Under the pieces are notes generated by a model that ran no database searches, had not been told where the DNA came from, and worked only from the letters and a program-made list of their open reading frames with translations. A DNA stretch of 62,945 bases, filler included, from Octopus bimaculoides (Eukaryota), in assembly GCF_001194135.2 (NCBI RefSeq). It is 8 parts of 8 records of this genome, joined end to end, with 100 filler letters (N's around TTAATTAATTAA, not from the genome) between each part and the next. Parts side by side here need not be neighbours in the genome. Positions count along the whole stretch, not along the records: positions 43,475 to 50,910 come from NC_069007.1; positions 51,011 to 56,818 come from NC_069009.1; positions 56,919 to 60,552 come from NW_026383318.1; positions 60,653 to 62,945 come from NC_068984.1; 4 more parts are not named here. One strand, written 5' to 3'. The position numbers were made by a program, and so were the translations under genes. Positions 48,191-60,855 of this stretch are shown here, one piece after another; the stretch's first letter is position 1; each line of letters begins with the position of its first letter.

Positions 48191-48939
48191 TGAATGGCTG
48201 CCAAAACGATTCGATACAAAATACCTCACATTTTATGCACGAAAGTATTCGCATATTCGTTTGAAGCAGTCCCCACAGCTCTTTCTGCTGTAAGAAACCA
48301 AACAGATATTTTTGGGGAACAATTGTAGCTAGTCTTAGTGTTATCTATAATTCTCCATTGTAATAACGGGTAACAGCATCACTAGAAGATTCTCCATCAA
48401 CGGTTATACCGCTTATGTGCGTATTTATAAACCTTAATCTTCAAATCCTTATTACATACACAATGATTTAAGCATAGTCAATTTCTTCGATATTAATTTA
48501 GATTTAGATACTGATAAATCTCTTACTGTAAAATTAACGAGGAGCTGCATTCCATAAATGGAAATTTCTGCCATCCCGTAATAATCCTAAATAAAGTTAG
48601 TAACATCTATAAGTGCATATCCAGCGTTTCCCTTGAGAGGAATCTTAATCGTGTTACTCATAAATAGTATCTTCAAAGACAGAACACTTTACATTCAAAA
48701 CGATACGAAACATCATCAACTCAAAAATAGTTAATGAAATTGCTTCTGGTACAATCCGCCTGTTAGTTTATAGGCTTGCTCTGATATTTCCAAGTACTTC
48801 TTAAATCTTATAAGCAAACAGTTCCTCATGAACGACATGTGTCTTCAGTAAGTATAAAGTTAAAGTGAACCACGGTTGTAACAAAACTTTGTTGCTTCTA
48901 TAAACAATAGAAGCCTTTGTAGTAAGAACTTGGAAAGTT

Positions 48940-48976
<37 letters not shown>

Positions 48977-50848
48977 ATGTAATAGCCTTAATATCTGCCC
49001 TGTCCACAGTCTGTGTGTTCCCAAACCAATAGAACTGAGATCTTTCTTAGTAACTACAGTAAAAATCATTTAAATACTATTTGGAGAATAGTCTTTAAAG
49101 AAAATTCTCTACATTTAAGCAGACAAAAAGATAACTTAGAATTCCACTCAGCCAAAAATATATCTTAACCTGAAGGACGATAATGTTGGCAATTCTAAGA
49201 GCAAATAGACCGCTATGGAGTATACGTCGCTTCGCATCAGTGGTTACCAAAGGTGTAATCCTTATCCCTCGGAATATAATATTCTGTTGCAACTATTTGC
49301 AATTTTAGCAAAGATTTATGAATCGAGAAGTTCTTATGTAGATTTCTATCGTTATTTATTGAGAAATTTCTACACAACTTTTGGCTAACAGACCCTACTT
49401 CGTGCATCACGGATTCGCTATACTCTGAAACGCCCCCATTTTCAAAAACGTTAATTTAATCATAAACACTAAGAATTTATCAATAAAGGATGCCCCATCA
49501 AATTGCGAAATGTTGGTACACTATACAGAGATAAATGAAAATAGCTCGTGGTTTTGTATAAAGAAGTGAAGAAACGAAATGTTGACACGTTTTCATCCGG
49601 ACTGATATCGCAACCAAAAAGATGTAGATGTATATTTGAATCAATCCTAGTTCGGTATTCTCGATTATTTTTCCATATATATTGTTCTGCTACCACGCTT
49701 CATCAGACATTTGAAGAAACGGAATCGTGAAATCGATAATTACGATTCAAAAAAAAGCTCCAGTCATGTAAAGATATTCATAGAAAGGTGGTGACCTGAC
49801 AGAATCCTAAGTTCCGCCTGGGTTTGTTCAGGATTTTTACGTTATGAGTTCAAATTACACCAAGAACAACCTTCCCTTTCATTGATTTTGGGGTGCTAAA
49901 CATCGCCAACTCTTGGCAACCAGGGTTGATATGTTTACATTCTCATGACTTAGCAGTTGGACAAAGAGACCGATAGAAATTGTACCAGGCTTTAAAAAAA
50001 AAACGAGGGAAATTTCTTCGATTAAACCCTTCAAGGCGGGGCCCAAAGCATGACTGGTATCAAAAGACTGAAGAAAGTAAAAGATAAATATCTATAACAG
50101 TTTCGCTGCTGTTTCTCCTCCTCCTCCTCCTCCTACTATTACTACACAAACATACTCCCTCCCTCCCTCTCTCGCATCTCTGCGACTGCAACAAAAAGTA
50201 ATCCTTTCGGTAACCCTCCACTTAGAAACAATCAATAATCAGCGGCGGCTCTCAATCGCTCAGGTTCCTCTCCATGTCTCTATTCTACCGCTACTAGAAC
50301 GTTCTCTGCTCCATACGACCTGTTTATCCTCTCTGGTTTATAGTTTCTCATGGACTCGCATCTCTTACTTGGCGTCTCAATGGCCTCCATTGTCTCACAA
50401 AGACACAGTTCCCTACCAAAACAATATTCATAATCATTCCTTCTGTTATTGAAGAATTAATTATTATAGAAAACTTTGCCGAGAGAAAATACAAAATAAA
50501 CAGCAACAACAACGTTCTTTTTCTAATTAAAATATGCAAAATAAAAATTACAGTTCAAAATCAATTATGTTCCTTGTAATTATTGTCTAATGAAAATTTT
50601 AATGATATTATTAGATGTCCCGATATAGTAGTGTATGCTCTAAACATACGTACACAATCATACACACAAGCACGCACGTACAAGCACACACACACACACA
50701 CACGCGCGCGCGCGCCCCTTTATATATAGACACTTCATATTATATGAATATAAATACACATATATATGAAAATACATATAATCATATGCATTAAACGTAT
50801 ATACGCATATGTGCTGCTGTGTACGGTGCGTATATATATATATATATG

Positions 50849-50910
<62 letters not shown>

Positions 50911-51010
50911 NNNNNNNNNNNNNNNNNNNNNNNNNNNNNNNNNNNNNNNNNNNNTTAATTAATTAANNNNNNNNNNNNNNNNNNNNNNNNNNNNNNNNNN
51001 NNNNNNNNNN
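50911..51010. other. Artificial scaffolding linker
   Basis: 44 N + TTAATTAATTAA (50955-50966) + 44 N. Confidence 0.95.
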
Positions 51011-51050
<40 letters not shown>

Positions 51051-51079
51051 GCATATGTATATATACGTATATGTATATA

Positions 51080-51111
<32 letters not shown>

Positions 51112-51500
51112 ACCCACCAATGATATATAGGACATGACATATTACATAATTTAGTCATACATACCACTAAAAGCTGGGATGGTCATGATTGGAATGCCTT
51201 TGAACAAAAGATTAGACAGTAATTCATTTCTCAACTATTCCTGCCTCACACTTACACTCATTCTGCCATTACTCCTTCCTTCCTTCCTTCCTTACTGTCG
51301 TCCTCTCCGTCCTTCCTCTCTTTCCGCCCTTCCTTGGCCTGGCCATGGGTAAATACTTAGAGACTCCTTCTGCATGAAAACCACATCCTTAAGTACGTGC
51401 TAATGCATTGAATATAACGAGCCACCCAACTATTATATCCTACGTTTACGTGTATTGCCTTTTAAATAGATTCGGTCTTAGACATAAAAAGCGTGAAAGG

Positions 51501-51549
<49 letters not shown>

Positions 51550-51561
51550 NNNNNNNNNNAA

Positions 51562-51605
<44 letters not shown>

Positions 51606-51834
51606 TATGGGGACAGAGAGAGAGAAAGATATGAAGGGTGATTAATAAAATCCGAGCTGTGTCTTCAGTTAACACTTCTGTCCATAGCGGCTAACAGTAT
51701 ATTTCAAAAGATAGTTTATCTTAATTCGTGTGTCGCACGCGCTTTTTGTGTGTTTCTATGTACATGCATACATGAATACATATATATGGAAGAAATTAGG
51801 TACAAGTGATGAAAATATATAAAACTGTAAATAA

Positions 51835-52390
51835 ACGATAAACCCCTCGTCAGCTCTCCGTCTTGAGATTTTTGCAGTTTCGACGCTATAAGGACCTATT
51901 GCAAACCAAAGTGACATGAATGTACTTCAGACACGATGGTTTTGGACTGATACACAAAATGAGAGATACAAAAGACACAAGAAAATGTAGTTAAGCCTTC
52001 GAGATGGTATATGTTAATGTGTATGCGCACGTTGTTTGTATCTCTCTACGTACATAAGGAAAAAGGAGCACTGGGACGAGGGTCCCAGCTGATACGATCA
52101 ACGGAACAGCTTGCTCATTTATTAACGTGCAAGTGACTGAGCAATCCACAGACACGTGTACCCCTAACGTAGTTCTCAGGGAGATTCAGCGTGACACAGA
52201 GTGGGACAAGGCCGGCCCTTTGAAATACAGGTACTACTTATTTTTGCTAGCTGAGTGGACTGGAGCAACGTGAAATAAAGTGTCTTGCTCAAGGAGACAA
52301 CGCGTCACCGGGCATTCGACTCACGGCCTTACGATCGTGAGCCAAACGCCATAACCACTAAGCCACGCGCCTTCACTCTACGTACATACA

Positions 52391-52423
<33 letters not shown>

Positions 52424-52690
52424 GGAAGGAATCATTCCCAAACGATAAAAGTATATATAAGGGTGGATGAACGAATAAATACCCCTCATTTGCGGTGCAT
52501 CTCACGGTTTTCGCAGTTTCGACGCAATAAAACCTACTGGTAACCAAAGTGACAGCAACAACCCACAGACGCGGTTGTTTTGGACTGATACACTTGATGA
52601 GAGAGGCAGAAGGCACGAAAAGATATATAGTTAAGTCTTATAGATGGTTTCTCTTAATCTGTGCGCGCGTGTAGGTTCTGTATACATACA
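51835..52690. repeat. Two diverged ~210-bp direct repeats (about 51835-52050 and 52470-52690)
   Basis: Shared collinear blocks GCAGTTTCGACGC.ATAA..ACCTA.TG..AACCAAAGTGACA, TTTTGGACTGATACAC and TAGTTAAG.CTT..AGATGGT. Confidence 0.8.
52070..52375 (-). mobile_element. SINE family C, full length
   Basis: GAAGGCGCGTGGCTTAGTGGTT, core TCCTTGAGCAAGACACTTTATTTCACGTTGCTCCAGTCCACTCAGCT, and a long tail. Confidence 0.85.
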
Positions 52691-52794
52691 TACATACATA
52701 CATACATACATACATACACATGTAAGTAGAAAGCTCCAAGATAATAGTAATATTGATCATCAAAGTAGTCTATCATGAACCAATAGCCTGATTA

Positions 52795-53259
52795 CTATCT
52801 CCCACTTTGAAGGGTATGTATTTGCAATCCAAGAACAGGAAATCCCCAAAAGGGATAGAGATGCATAAAAAAGCAGGAAAATGTGACAGCCTATGCATAC
52901 TTTGTGGAGTTCACACTGAAGATATCACCCACATCATAAGCAGTTGCCCGAAAATGGTATTATCTGCTGATGAGACATGTTGTAGCTAGGACACTCTGTA
53001 ATGAAATCCGTCGGAAGGATAACCCATAGGACAAAGAAATAAAACCCCACAATATGGTAGAAGCCATAGCCACTCATAATAAAAATGAATACTGGTGGAA
53101 TATCCCAGTTTAACCTCAATAAAATGTAAGCACAACAGGCCTGATATAATGATTTGGGATAGAGAAGAGAAACTATGTACAGTTGTGGAAATTAGCTACT
53201 CAGCGATGTTAACATAAAGCTGAAGATCAGTGAACAAGAGAATACCTACGCTGAACTAT
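52795..53259 (+). mobile_element. Decayed R4/Dong-like fragment with CCHC knuckle and RLE (same family as 24340-25318)
   Basis: FEGYVFAIQEQEI, CILCGVHTEDITHIISSCPKM, NEIRRKDNP, YWWNIPV and HNRPDIMIWDREEKLCTVVEIS (PD-(D/E)xK type). Confidence 0.88.
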
Positions 53260-53859
53260 CTATCTATCTATCTATCTATCCATCTGTATCTATACACACA
53301 CACACACACATACACACACACTCATATATATTGCCGTCTAAGAAGCCATAAATTAGATAAAAAAATGCACGTGCATATTTGTCAGTAGAGTGGGTTTCGA
53401 TTAATATGTGTGTGTGTGTATTTACATACAGACACTCATACATATATACATATGTATGTTTGTGTCTTTGTCCTCCACGAACATTAACAACCGGTATTGG
53501 TGTGTTTATGTAAGCATAACCTAGCGGTTCAATAAAGTAAACCAATAGAATAAGTACTAGGCCTTAATAAAAATAAGTACTTGGAATTGATTCGTCAGAC
53601 TAAAATTCTTCTTCAGGGAGGTGCCCCAGCATGGCTGCATTCTAATGATTGAAACAATTAAATGGTAAAAGATATGGTAATTTTCCGGAGCATTCTAAAG
53701 CGTCTGTTTTGGTTCAACTTCCACGAGAATGTCCCTAATTTATAAAATAATCGACAAAACTGACCTCAGGAAGGTTTGAACTCGCCACCTCAGATTGCCA
53801 GAACAAAGATTTAATTTGATGCTCTAGTGATTATATGAATCCCGTGTCTTTCAGCCGAA

Positions 53860-54050
53860 AATATTTAATTAAAAATGCTCCGCCAGTTGCGCGCCTTTGT
53901 GTCTGTTTTAAGCCTTTTATCGTTGATCGGAACGGATGTGACGTCAGACGATCAGACGCTAAACCGGAACTTCATTTCGCAACGTTTATCAATCACAAAC
54001 TGTTAATTGTAATGAGGTCAACGTGGGAGACAAGCGTGTGGTCTTTCAGA
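53860..54050. promoter_or_regulatory. CpG-rich unique segment with ETS-CRE-like composite site
   Basis: CGGATGTGACGTCA (53933-53946; CRE palindrome at 53939-53946) and CCGGAACT (53964-53971). Motif evidence only. Confidence 0.3.
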
Positions 54051-54296
54051 TAGCTAGAAATAGAAGTAGCATGTGATTCACGATGCAATGTGTAATGTAA
54101 GGGCGTCAAAAATACACATCGTATGTATATATGTATGTATGTATATATGTATGTATGTATATATGTATGTATGTATGTATGTATATATGTATGTATGTAT
54201 ATATGTATGTAGAGATAGGTAGATACATATATGTGTGTGCATGAATCTATCTACCTATCTCTACATATATATATGTATATATATATATATATATCT

Positions 54297-54536
54297 TTTA
54301 TCTTTTACTTATTTCAGTCATTTGACTGTGGCCATGCTGGAGCACCACTCTGAAGAATCGTTCAGTTGAATGTGTCGATCTCGGTACCTCTTTTTTCCTT
54401 TTGTTGTAAGCCTGGTATTTATTCAGTCAATCTCTTTTGCTAAAACGCTGAGCTAGAGTATCGTAAACACACCAACACCGGCCGATTGTCAAGCGGTGGT
54501 TGAAGACTAACACAGACATAAACACACTCGAGCATA

Positions 54537-54576
<40 letters not shown>

Positions 54577-54722
54577 GGCTGCTTTCAGTTTTTCATATAC
54601 CAAATCCACCCACAAGGTATTGGTTGGCCTGCGGCTACAGTAGAGGACATTTGCCCAAAGTGACACGCAGTAGGACTGAACCTGGAGCCATCTAGTAAGG
54701 AAGCAAGCTTCTTACCACACAT
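54297..54722 (-). mobile_element. SINE family A, full length
   Basis: Tail, (CA)n linker and head. Confidence 0.85.
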
Positions 54723-55111
54723 CCACACACACACACAGATATATGTGTGAGTATATATATATATATATATATATCATCATAAATATACAGGGATTAGCTT
54801 GAGCTGCTTCTCCAACATACTGAAATNNNNNNNNNNNNNNNNNNNNNNNNNNNNNNNNNNNNNNNNNNNNNNNNNNNNNNNNNNNNNNNNNNNNNNNNNN
54901 NNNNNNNNNNNNNNNNNNNNNNNNNNNNNNNNNNNNNNNNNNNNNNNNNNNNNNNNNNNNNNNNNNNNNNNNNNNNNNNNNNNNNNNNNNNNNNNNNNNN
55001 NNNNNNNNNNNNNNNNNNNNNNNNNNNNNNNNNNNNNNNNNNNNNNNNNNNNNNNNNNNNNNNNNNNNNNNNNNNNNNNNNNNNNNNNNNNNNNNNNNNN
55101 NNNNNNNNNNN

Positions 55112-55236
<125 letters not shown>

Positions 55237-55740
55237 GGAGAAAGAGAAAGAATCACACACACATTCGCATACACACACAGACGCCTTGTTCATTGTACAC
55301 ATCAATGGATTTCCCTGTCTACAGAACAATAGCTTGAAATAAAAACGAGACTAACAACAGTAAACAACGAGAGCAACAAAGGCAATAGCACTTTAATTAA
55401 ACGAGCGTGGGCCCTAATTTTCTCGAAGCATTGTCAAGGCTGAGTAAACGTGATCATGAGATTTTGAAGAGAGCCTGACACAGGAAATGAACGTCGAATG
55501 TACCGCTTCACCTTATCGCATATCAAAAGCGCGACCTGAGCAAGATGTCGATGTAATACCACCCCCGACATCGTGGAAGTGGCATTTATGTGGTCACATT
55601 ATGTGCTAGACATAGCTGGTAAATTGCCTTCGTTTTATAGAATAGCTAAACTTGTTGCTTTCAATGTGTGCGAGCATTATGATGTGTGTTTATTATATGT
55701 ATATCCATGTGTATATATATACATATATATGTGTGTGTGC

Positions 55741-55788
<48 letters not shown>

Positions 55789-56020
55789 NNNNNNNNNNNN
55801 NNNNNNNNNNNNNNNNNNNNNNNNNNNNNNNNNNNNNNNNNNNNNNNNNNNNNNNNNNNNNNNNNNNNNNNNNNNNNNNNNNNNNNNNNNNNNNNNNNNN
55901 NNNNNNNNNNNNNNNNNNNNNNNNNNNNNNNNNNNNNNNNNNNNNNNNNNNNNNNNNNNNNNNNNNNNNNNNNNNNNNNNNNNNNNNNNNNNNNNNNNNN
56001 NNNNNNNNNNNNNNNNNNNT

Positions 56021-56388
56021 TACAAACCACATGGTTCCGGGCTCAGTCCCACTGCGTGGCACCTTGGGCAAGTGTCTTCTACTATAGCCTCCGGCTGACC
56101 AAAGCCCTATGAGTGGATTTGGTAGACGGAAACTGAAAGAAGCCCGTTGTATATATGTATATATATATGTGTGTATATATTTGTGTGTCTGTATTTGTTC
56201 CCCCAACATAGCTTGACAACCGATGCTGGTATGTTTACGTCCCCGTAACTTAGCGGTTCGGCAATAGAGACCGATAGAATAAGTACTAGGCTTACAAAGA
56301 ATAAGTCCTGGGGTCGATTTGCTCGACTAAAAAGGCGGTGCTCCAGCATGGCCACAGTCAAATGAAAGAAAGAAGTAAAAGAGAAAGA
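56021..56388 (+). mobile_element. SINE family A, near full length, young
   Basis: Close to consensus over head, (TA/TG) linker and tail; 5' end lies in the gap. Confidence 0.92.
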
Positions 56389-56399
56389 GTATATATACG

Positions 56400-56720
56400 T
56401 ATGGTTCAGTGATTAGAGCGTCAGGCTCATAATCATGAGGTAGTGAGTTCAACTCTCGGACCGGGCTGTGTTGTGTTCTTGAGCAAGGCACTTTATGTTA
56501 TGCTGCTCCAATTCACTCAGCTGCAGAAATGAATTGTGACGTCACGGTTGCTAAGGTGTATCAGCCCCTTGGATAAAATCGGTTGCATGGCGAGAGGAGG
56601 CTGGTATGCAAGGACGACTGCTGGTCTTCAATAAACGACCTTGCCCGGACTCGTGCCTAGTAAGGGAAGTTTCTAGGTGCAAACCCATGGTCATTCATGA
56701 CCAAAGGGGATCTTTACCCT
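56400..56720 (+). mobile_element. SINE family C with an alternative tail
   Basis: tRNA-like head, core TTGTGTTCTTGAGCAAGGCACTTTAT...GCTCCAATTCACTCAGCTG, and a tail ending TCATGACC.AAGGGGATCTTTACCCTTTA. Confidence 0.75.
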
Positions 56721-56767
56721 TTATACATACATACATACAAACTTACATACATACATGCATGCATACG

Positions 56768-56818
<51 letters not shown>

Positions 56819-56918
56819 NNNNNNNNNNNNNNNNNNNNNNNNNNNNNNNNNNNNNNNNNNNNTTAATTAATTAANNNNNNNNNNNNNNNNNNNNNNNNNN
56901 NNNNNNNNNNNNNNNNNN
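56819..56918. other. Artificial scaffolding linker
   Basis: 44 N + TTAATTAATTAA (56863-56874) + 44 N. Confidence 0.95.
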
Positions 56919-57432
56919 TAGCGGATGCAGGCAAAGTAATTTCAGTTAGTAGCAATGAAGCTTGTTAAATTTTTTTCAACCACTTTCAAATTACAAAATT
57001 TCACCAGATTTTTTATTCATATTTTCTACACTGATGTAGTTTTGCATGCTGATGACGACAACACACACAGATATTTTCTTCATCATCAGTAAAAGTGTGT
57101 TAGCGTAAGAAGAAAAAAAAAACTTTGAATAAGAAAAATATCTGCTTAAAATTGGGAAAAATTTAAGAACCATGGATATAACAACCGGTTGCTCTTGTAA
57201 CTCTTCTGGAAGTAGCATATTCTTTAAGAATGAAACTTTGCACTTTTGAGAGTGTATATTATGATGGTGTTGATAAAATTAGAAAACCGAAAATGAAGAA
57301 GATCTGAGGTTTGTTTTCTCATTCTCTCACACCTATCATAACGACTTTATTCCCACCAGTAACTTGGGCAACTTACACTTCCGTCTTTCAGAACTGTATA
57401 TTTCAATTATCACCAAAAGAATAAGCTTTTTA

Positions 57433-57449
57433 GAAAGAGAGAGAGAGAG

Positions 57450-57513
<64 letters not shown>

Positions 57514-57535
57514 GGAAAGAGAGAGAGAGAGAGAT
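57433..57535. repeat. (GA)n microsatellite
   Basis: Direct inspection. Confidence 0.95.
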
Positions 57536-57822
57536 GAGAAATCAATGGCTGTTGTGGGTACTTGAGAATGATCAGAAACATGAAAAATTGTCTTAAATGT
57601 TATTGATATAGTCGGAATGTACACTTTCGAAAACGTGCCTCTGCAAAAGTATAAAAATACCCATTTTTGAGAAACATATGAGGAAAAGCCGATTGGGGGG
57701 GGGGGGGCACCAGTTTCTAGATATGGCGTAGTTGTTTAATGAAGCGTTCTAATTTGGTTCTAATTATGATACGTATTTTAGCTTGTCATTGGAGATAGTA
57801 TGCACAGAACGTAACATTACTG

Positions 57823-57853
<31 letters not shown>

Positions 57854-58285
57854 CACAGACACACACGCACACATACACACATGCACATATACACACACGC
57901 ATCTGTACACACACGCCAGAGACAACACTTAAAGGTCCTGTTACTATCTGTAATAAATATATCTGATTATTTGACACTTAAAATATTAGAGACTTAATAT
58001 TATCTGCAAATCTGTCTAGTCTAGTCTGTTATACATCATACATCGATATTCAATATTCATTGTTATTACTTAAATCACCCTTTTTCCATGACGCATGTAT
58101 CTAGTCTACTTTCGGCGATACCAACGTATAAACAATCCTTAATGTTTTGCTACAAAATATTCTCCCTATCTTATATCTAACCATTTGTCAACTGTGTTAT
58201 AGATCGCATTTATGTTATATATATTAATTCTTCAAATATGTTTCGATGATTTGGGTATATCATTTGTACAGGCGAGTTTAGTGAT

Positions 58286-58327
<42 letters not shown>

Positions 58328-58793
58328 GATATCGAATATTTTATGTTGGGACCAAATTTATCTTCATTAGAAAACTCATGCCTGAAATCCTGATATTAAT
58401 TTATCATTTCACCAATATCTTTTCATTCATCTTATATCCCATGATAATAATACCATATCAATTATTATTAGAAACACTAATACCATAGATACGAGTGTGT
58501 GTGTGTGCGCGCGCGCGCGTAGGTATTTGCTTGTGTGTGTGTGTGTGTTTGCTCAGGAGGTGCTCGTGTGTATCGATGCGTTTATTTCTAGACGCATACA
58601 TGTATATGTGATTATAGAAATATGTGTATGTGTATTTTACCAGAATTATATGGATGTATGTTTATACATACACATACATGCATACATGTAAATATATATA
58701 GAGAGAGACACACACAAACACATATATATATACATAAATATTCCTATTTGCATTACGTATATATGTCTAAATAGATAAATGTTTAAATATATA

Positions 58794-58832
<39 letters not shown>

Positions 58833-59559
58833 NNNNNNNNNNNNNNNNNNNNNNNNNNNNNNNNNNNNNNNNNNNNNNNNNNNNNNNNNNNNNNNNNNNN
58901 NNNNNNNNNNNNNNNNNNNNNNNNNNNNNNNNNNNNNNNNNNNNNNNNNNNNNNNNNNNNNNNNNNNNNNNNNNNNNNNNNNNNNNNNNNNNNNNNNNNN
59001 NNNNNNNNNNNNNNNNNNNNNNNNNNNNNNNNNNNNNNNNNNNNNNNNNNNNNNNNNNNNNNNNNNNNNNNNNNNNNNNNNNNNNNNNNNNNNNNNNNNN
59101 NNNNNNNNNNNNNNNNNNNNNNNNNNNNNNNNNNNNNNNNNNNNNNNNNNNNNNNNNNNNNNNNNNNNNNNNNNNNNNNNNNNNNNNNNNNNNNNNNNNN
59201 NNNNNNNNNNNNNNNNNNNNNNNNNNNNNNNNNNNNNNNNNNNNNNNNNNNNNNNNNNNNNNNNNNNNNNNNNNNNNNNNNNNNNNNNNNNNNNNNNNNN
59301 NNNNNNNNNNNNNNNNNNNNNNNNNNNNNNNNNNNNNNNNNNNNNNNNNNNNNNNNNNNNNNNNNNNNNNNNNNNNNNNNNNNNNNNNNNNNNNNNNNNN
59401 NNNNNNNNNNNNNNNNNNNNNNNNNNNNNNNNNNNNNNNNNNNNNNNNNNNNNNNNNNNNNNNNNNNNNNNNNNNNNNNNNNNNNNNNNNNNNNNNNNNN
59501 NNNNNNNNNNNNNNNNNNNNNNNNNNNNNNNNNNNNNNNNGTGTGTGTGTGTGTGTGTG

Positions 59560-59930
59560 TTTCCTAACCACGTGCTATTTGAATCTATCCGTCCTGGGTC
59601 AACCAACGCTTTAAAAGCGGAATAGGTAGACGGAAATTGTATGGAAACTCGACTTGTGTGTGTGTGCGTGTGTGTTTACGCATATATGTATATATACATA
59701 CTATGTGTTTGTCTGTGTCTTTTTGGTTGATTTGTCTCCACCACCGCTTGGTAACCGGTGCTAGACCGTTTACCTCTAAGAGACCGACAGAATAAGTTCC
59801 GGGCTTAACATTAAAAAAAAAAAAAAACGGAAGTTCTAAGGTTGATTCGTCGCCACTAAAAATACAGTAAGGTACTTTCTACGACCTGGCTCCAGTCTAA
59901 TGACTGAAAATCGTGAAAGATAAAAGTAAT
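59560..59930 (+). mobile_element. SINE family A, diverged
   Basis: GGTAGACGGAAATTG, (TG)n, CCACCACCGCTTG...AACCGGTG and GAATAAGT...CCAGTCTAATGACTGAAA. Confidence 0.7.
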
Positions 59931-60514
59931 ACACAGAGCGTTAGCGAAAAATACAGACACACACACACACACGTATAGACGTATAATGTATTGTATAAAC
60001 ACTCATATATGCTGCTCTGCAGTATGATTAATGATTATTTTATCGTAGCTTTCCTCCAGTGAAAAAAAGCAAAACAAAAAAAACCATTAAATTCATTTAG
60101 AAAAATAACCGGAGTTCGAATATACGACAAAGGAGCAAGAATATACTTTATATTTACTGTTCTCTATCGAACTAATTATTCCACATGTGTTCTTTTGAGT
60201 AAAACGTAGAGTAAGCAAACTGGCTTCGCATGTTGTTATTGACCACATGTGATCTATGAATATATTGTAGGGACAAGTTTAGATCTATCATGAAAGAAAT
60301 AAAGTCCTGCAATTCTGCGTATTGTGTAGAAAAAATACATGGTGTGTCTGTGTCTCTGTGTGTGTGCATATACACGTAATACGACAATGCAGGGTGGGCC
60401 AAAAGTCACTCACAAAAGTTCAATATGCCCCGGAATTGTCAAAGGCTTACTTCAGTTTTTCTAAAATAAAAGAATGATGAATACGCGTACTTGTACACGA
60501 TGAGCAAAATTAAC

Positions 60515-60552
<38 letters not shown>

Positions 60553-60652
60553 NNNNNNNNNNNNNNNNNNNNNNNNNNNNNNNNNNNNNNNNNNNNTTAA
60601 TTAATTAANNNNNNNNNNNNNNNNNNNNNNNNNNNNNNNNNNNNNNNNNNNN
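60553..60652. other. Artificial scaffolding linker
   Basis: 44 N + TTAATTAATTAA (60597-60608) + 44 N. Confidence 0.95.
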
Positions 60653-60787
60653 CTCAGGGTTAAATACTCAAAAACCGAAACCTGGTTTGTGGATATCCCT
60701 AATTTCATGATATTTTTATTTGTGCTGTTAAATGTTTTAATTCTTTCTGTTTTCCTTGCATACTGTTTTTCTCTGTTATATTGGTGC

Positions 60788-60855
60788 GCTACGGTGGTGC
60801 TATCAAATTAGACATGGCCTGAGTCAACTTCGGCCGAAACTTATCTAAGTAATTT
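60788..60855 (+). mobile_element. CR1-like 3' end fragment
   Basis: GGTGGTGCTATC...GGCCTG...GGCCGAAACTTATCTAAG resembles the reverse-strand tail of the 7362-8724 element. Confidence 0.5.

Noticed and set aside
50150-50540. Exon or ORF candidates (50348-50539 and nearby frames)
   Set aside because: Short, no recognisable domain, and no paired splice sites.
60388-60412. Tc1/mariner TIR (CAGGGTGGGCCAAAAGTCAC)
   Set aside because: No matching opposite end was found, and a linker gap follows within 150 bp.
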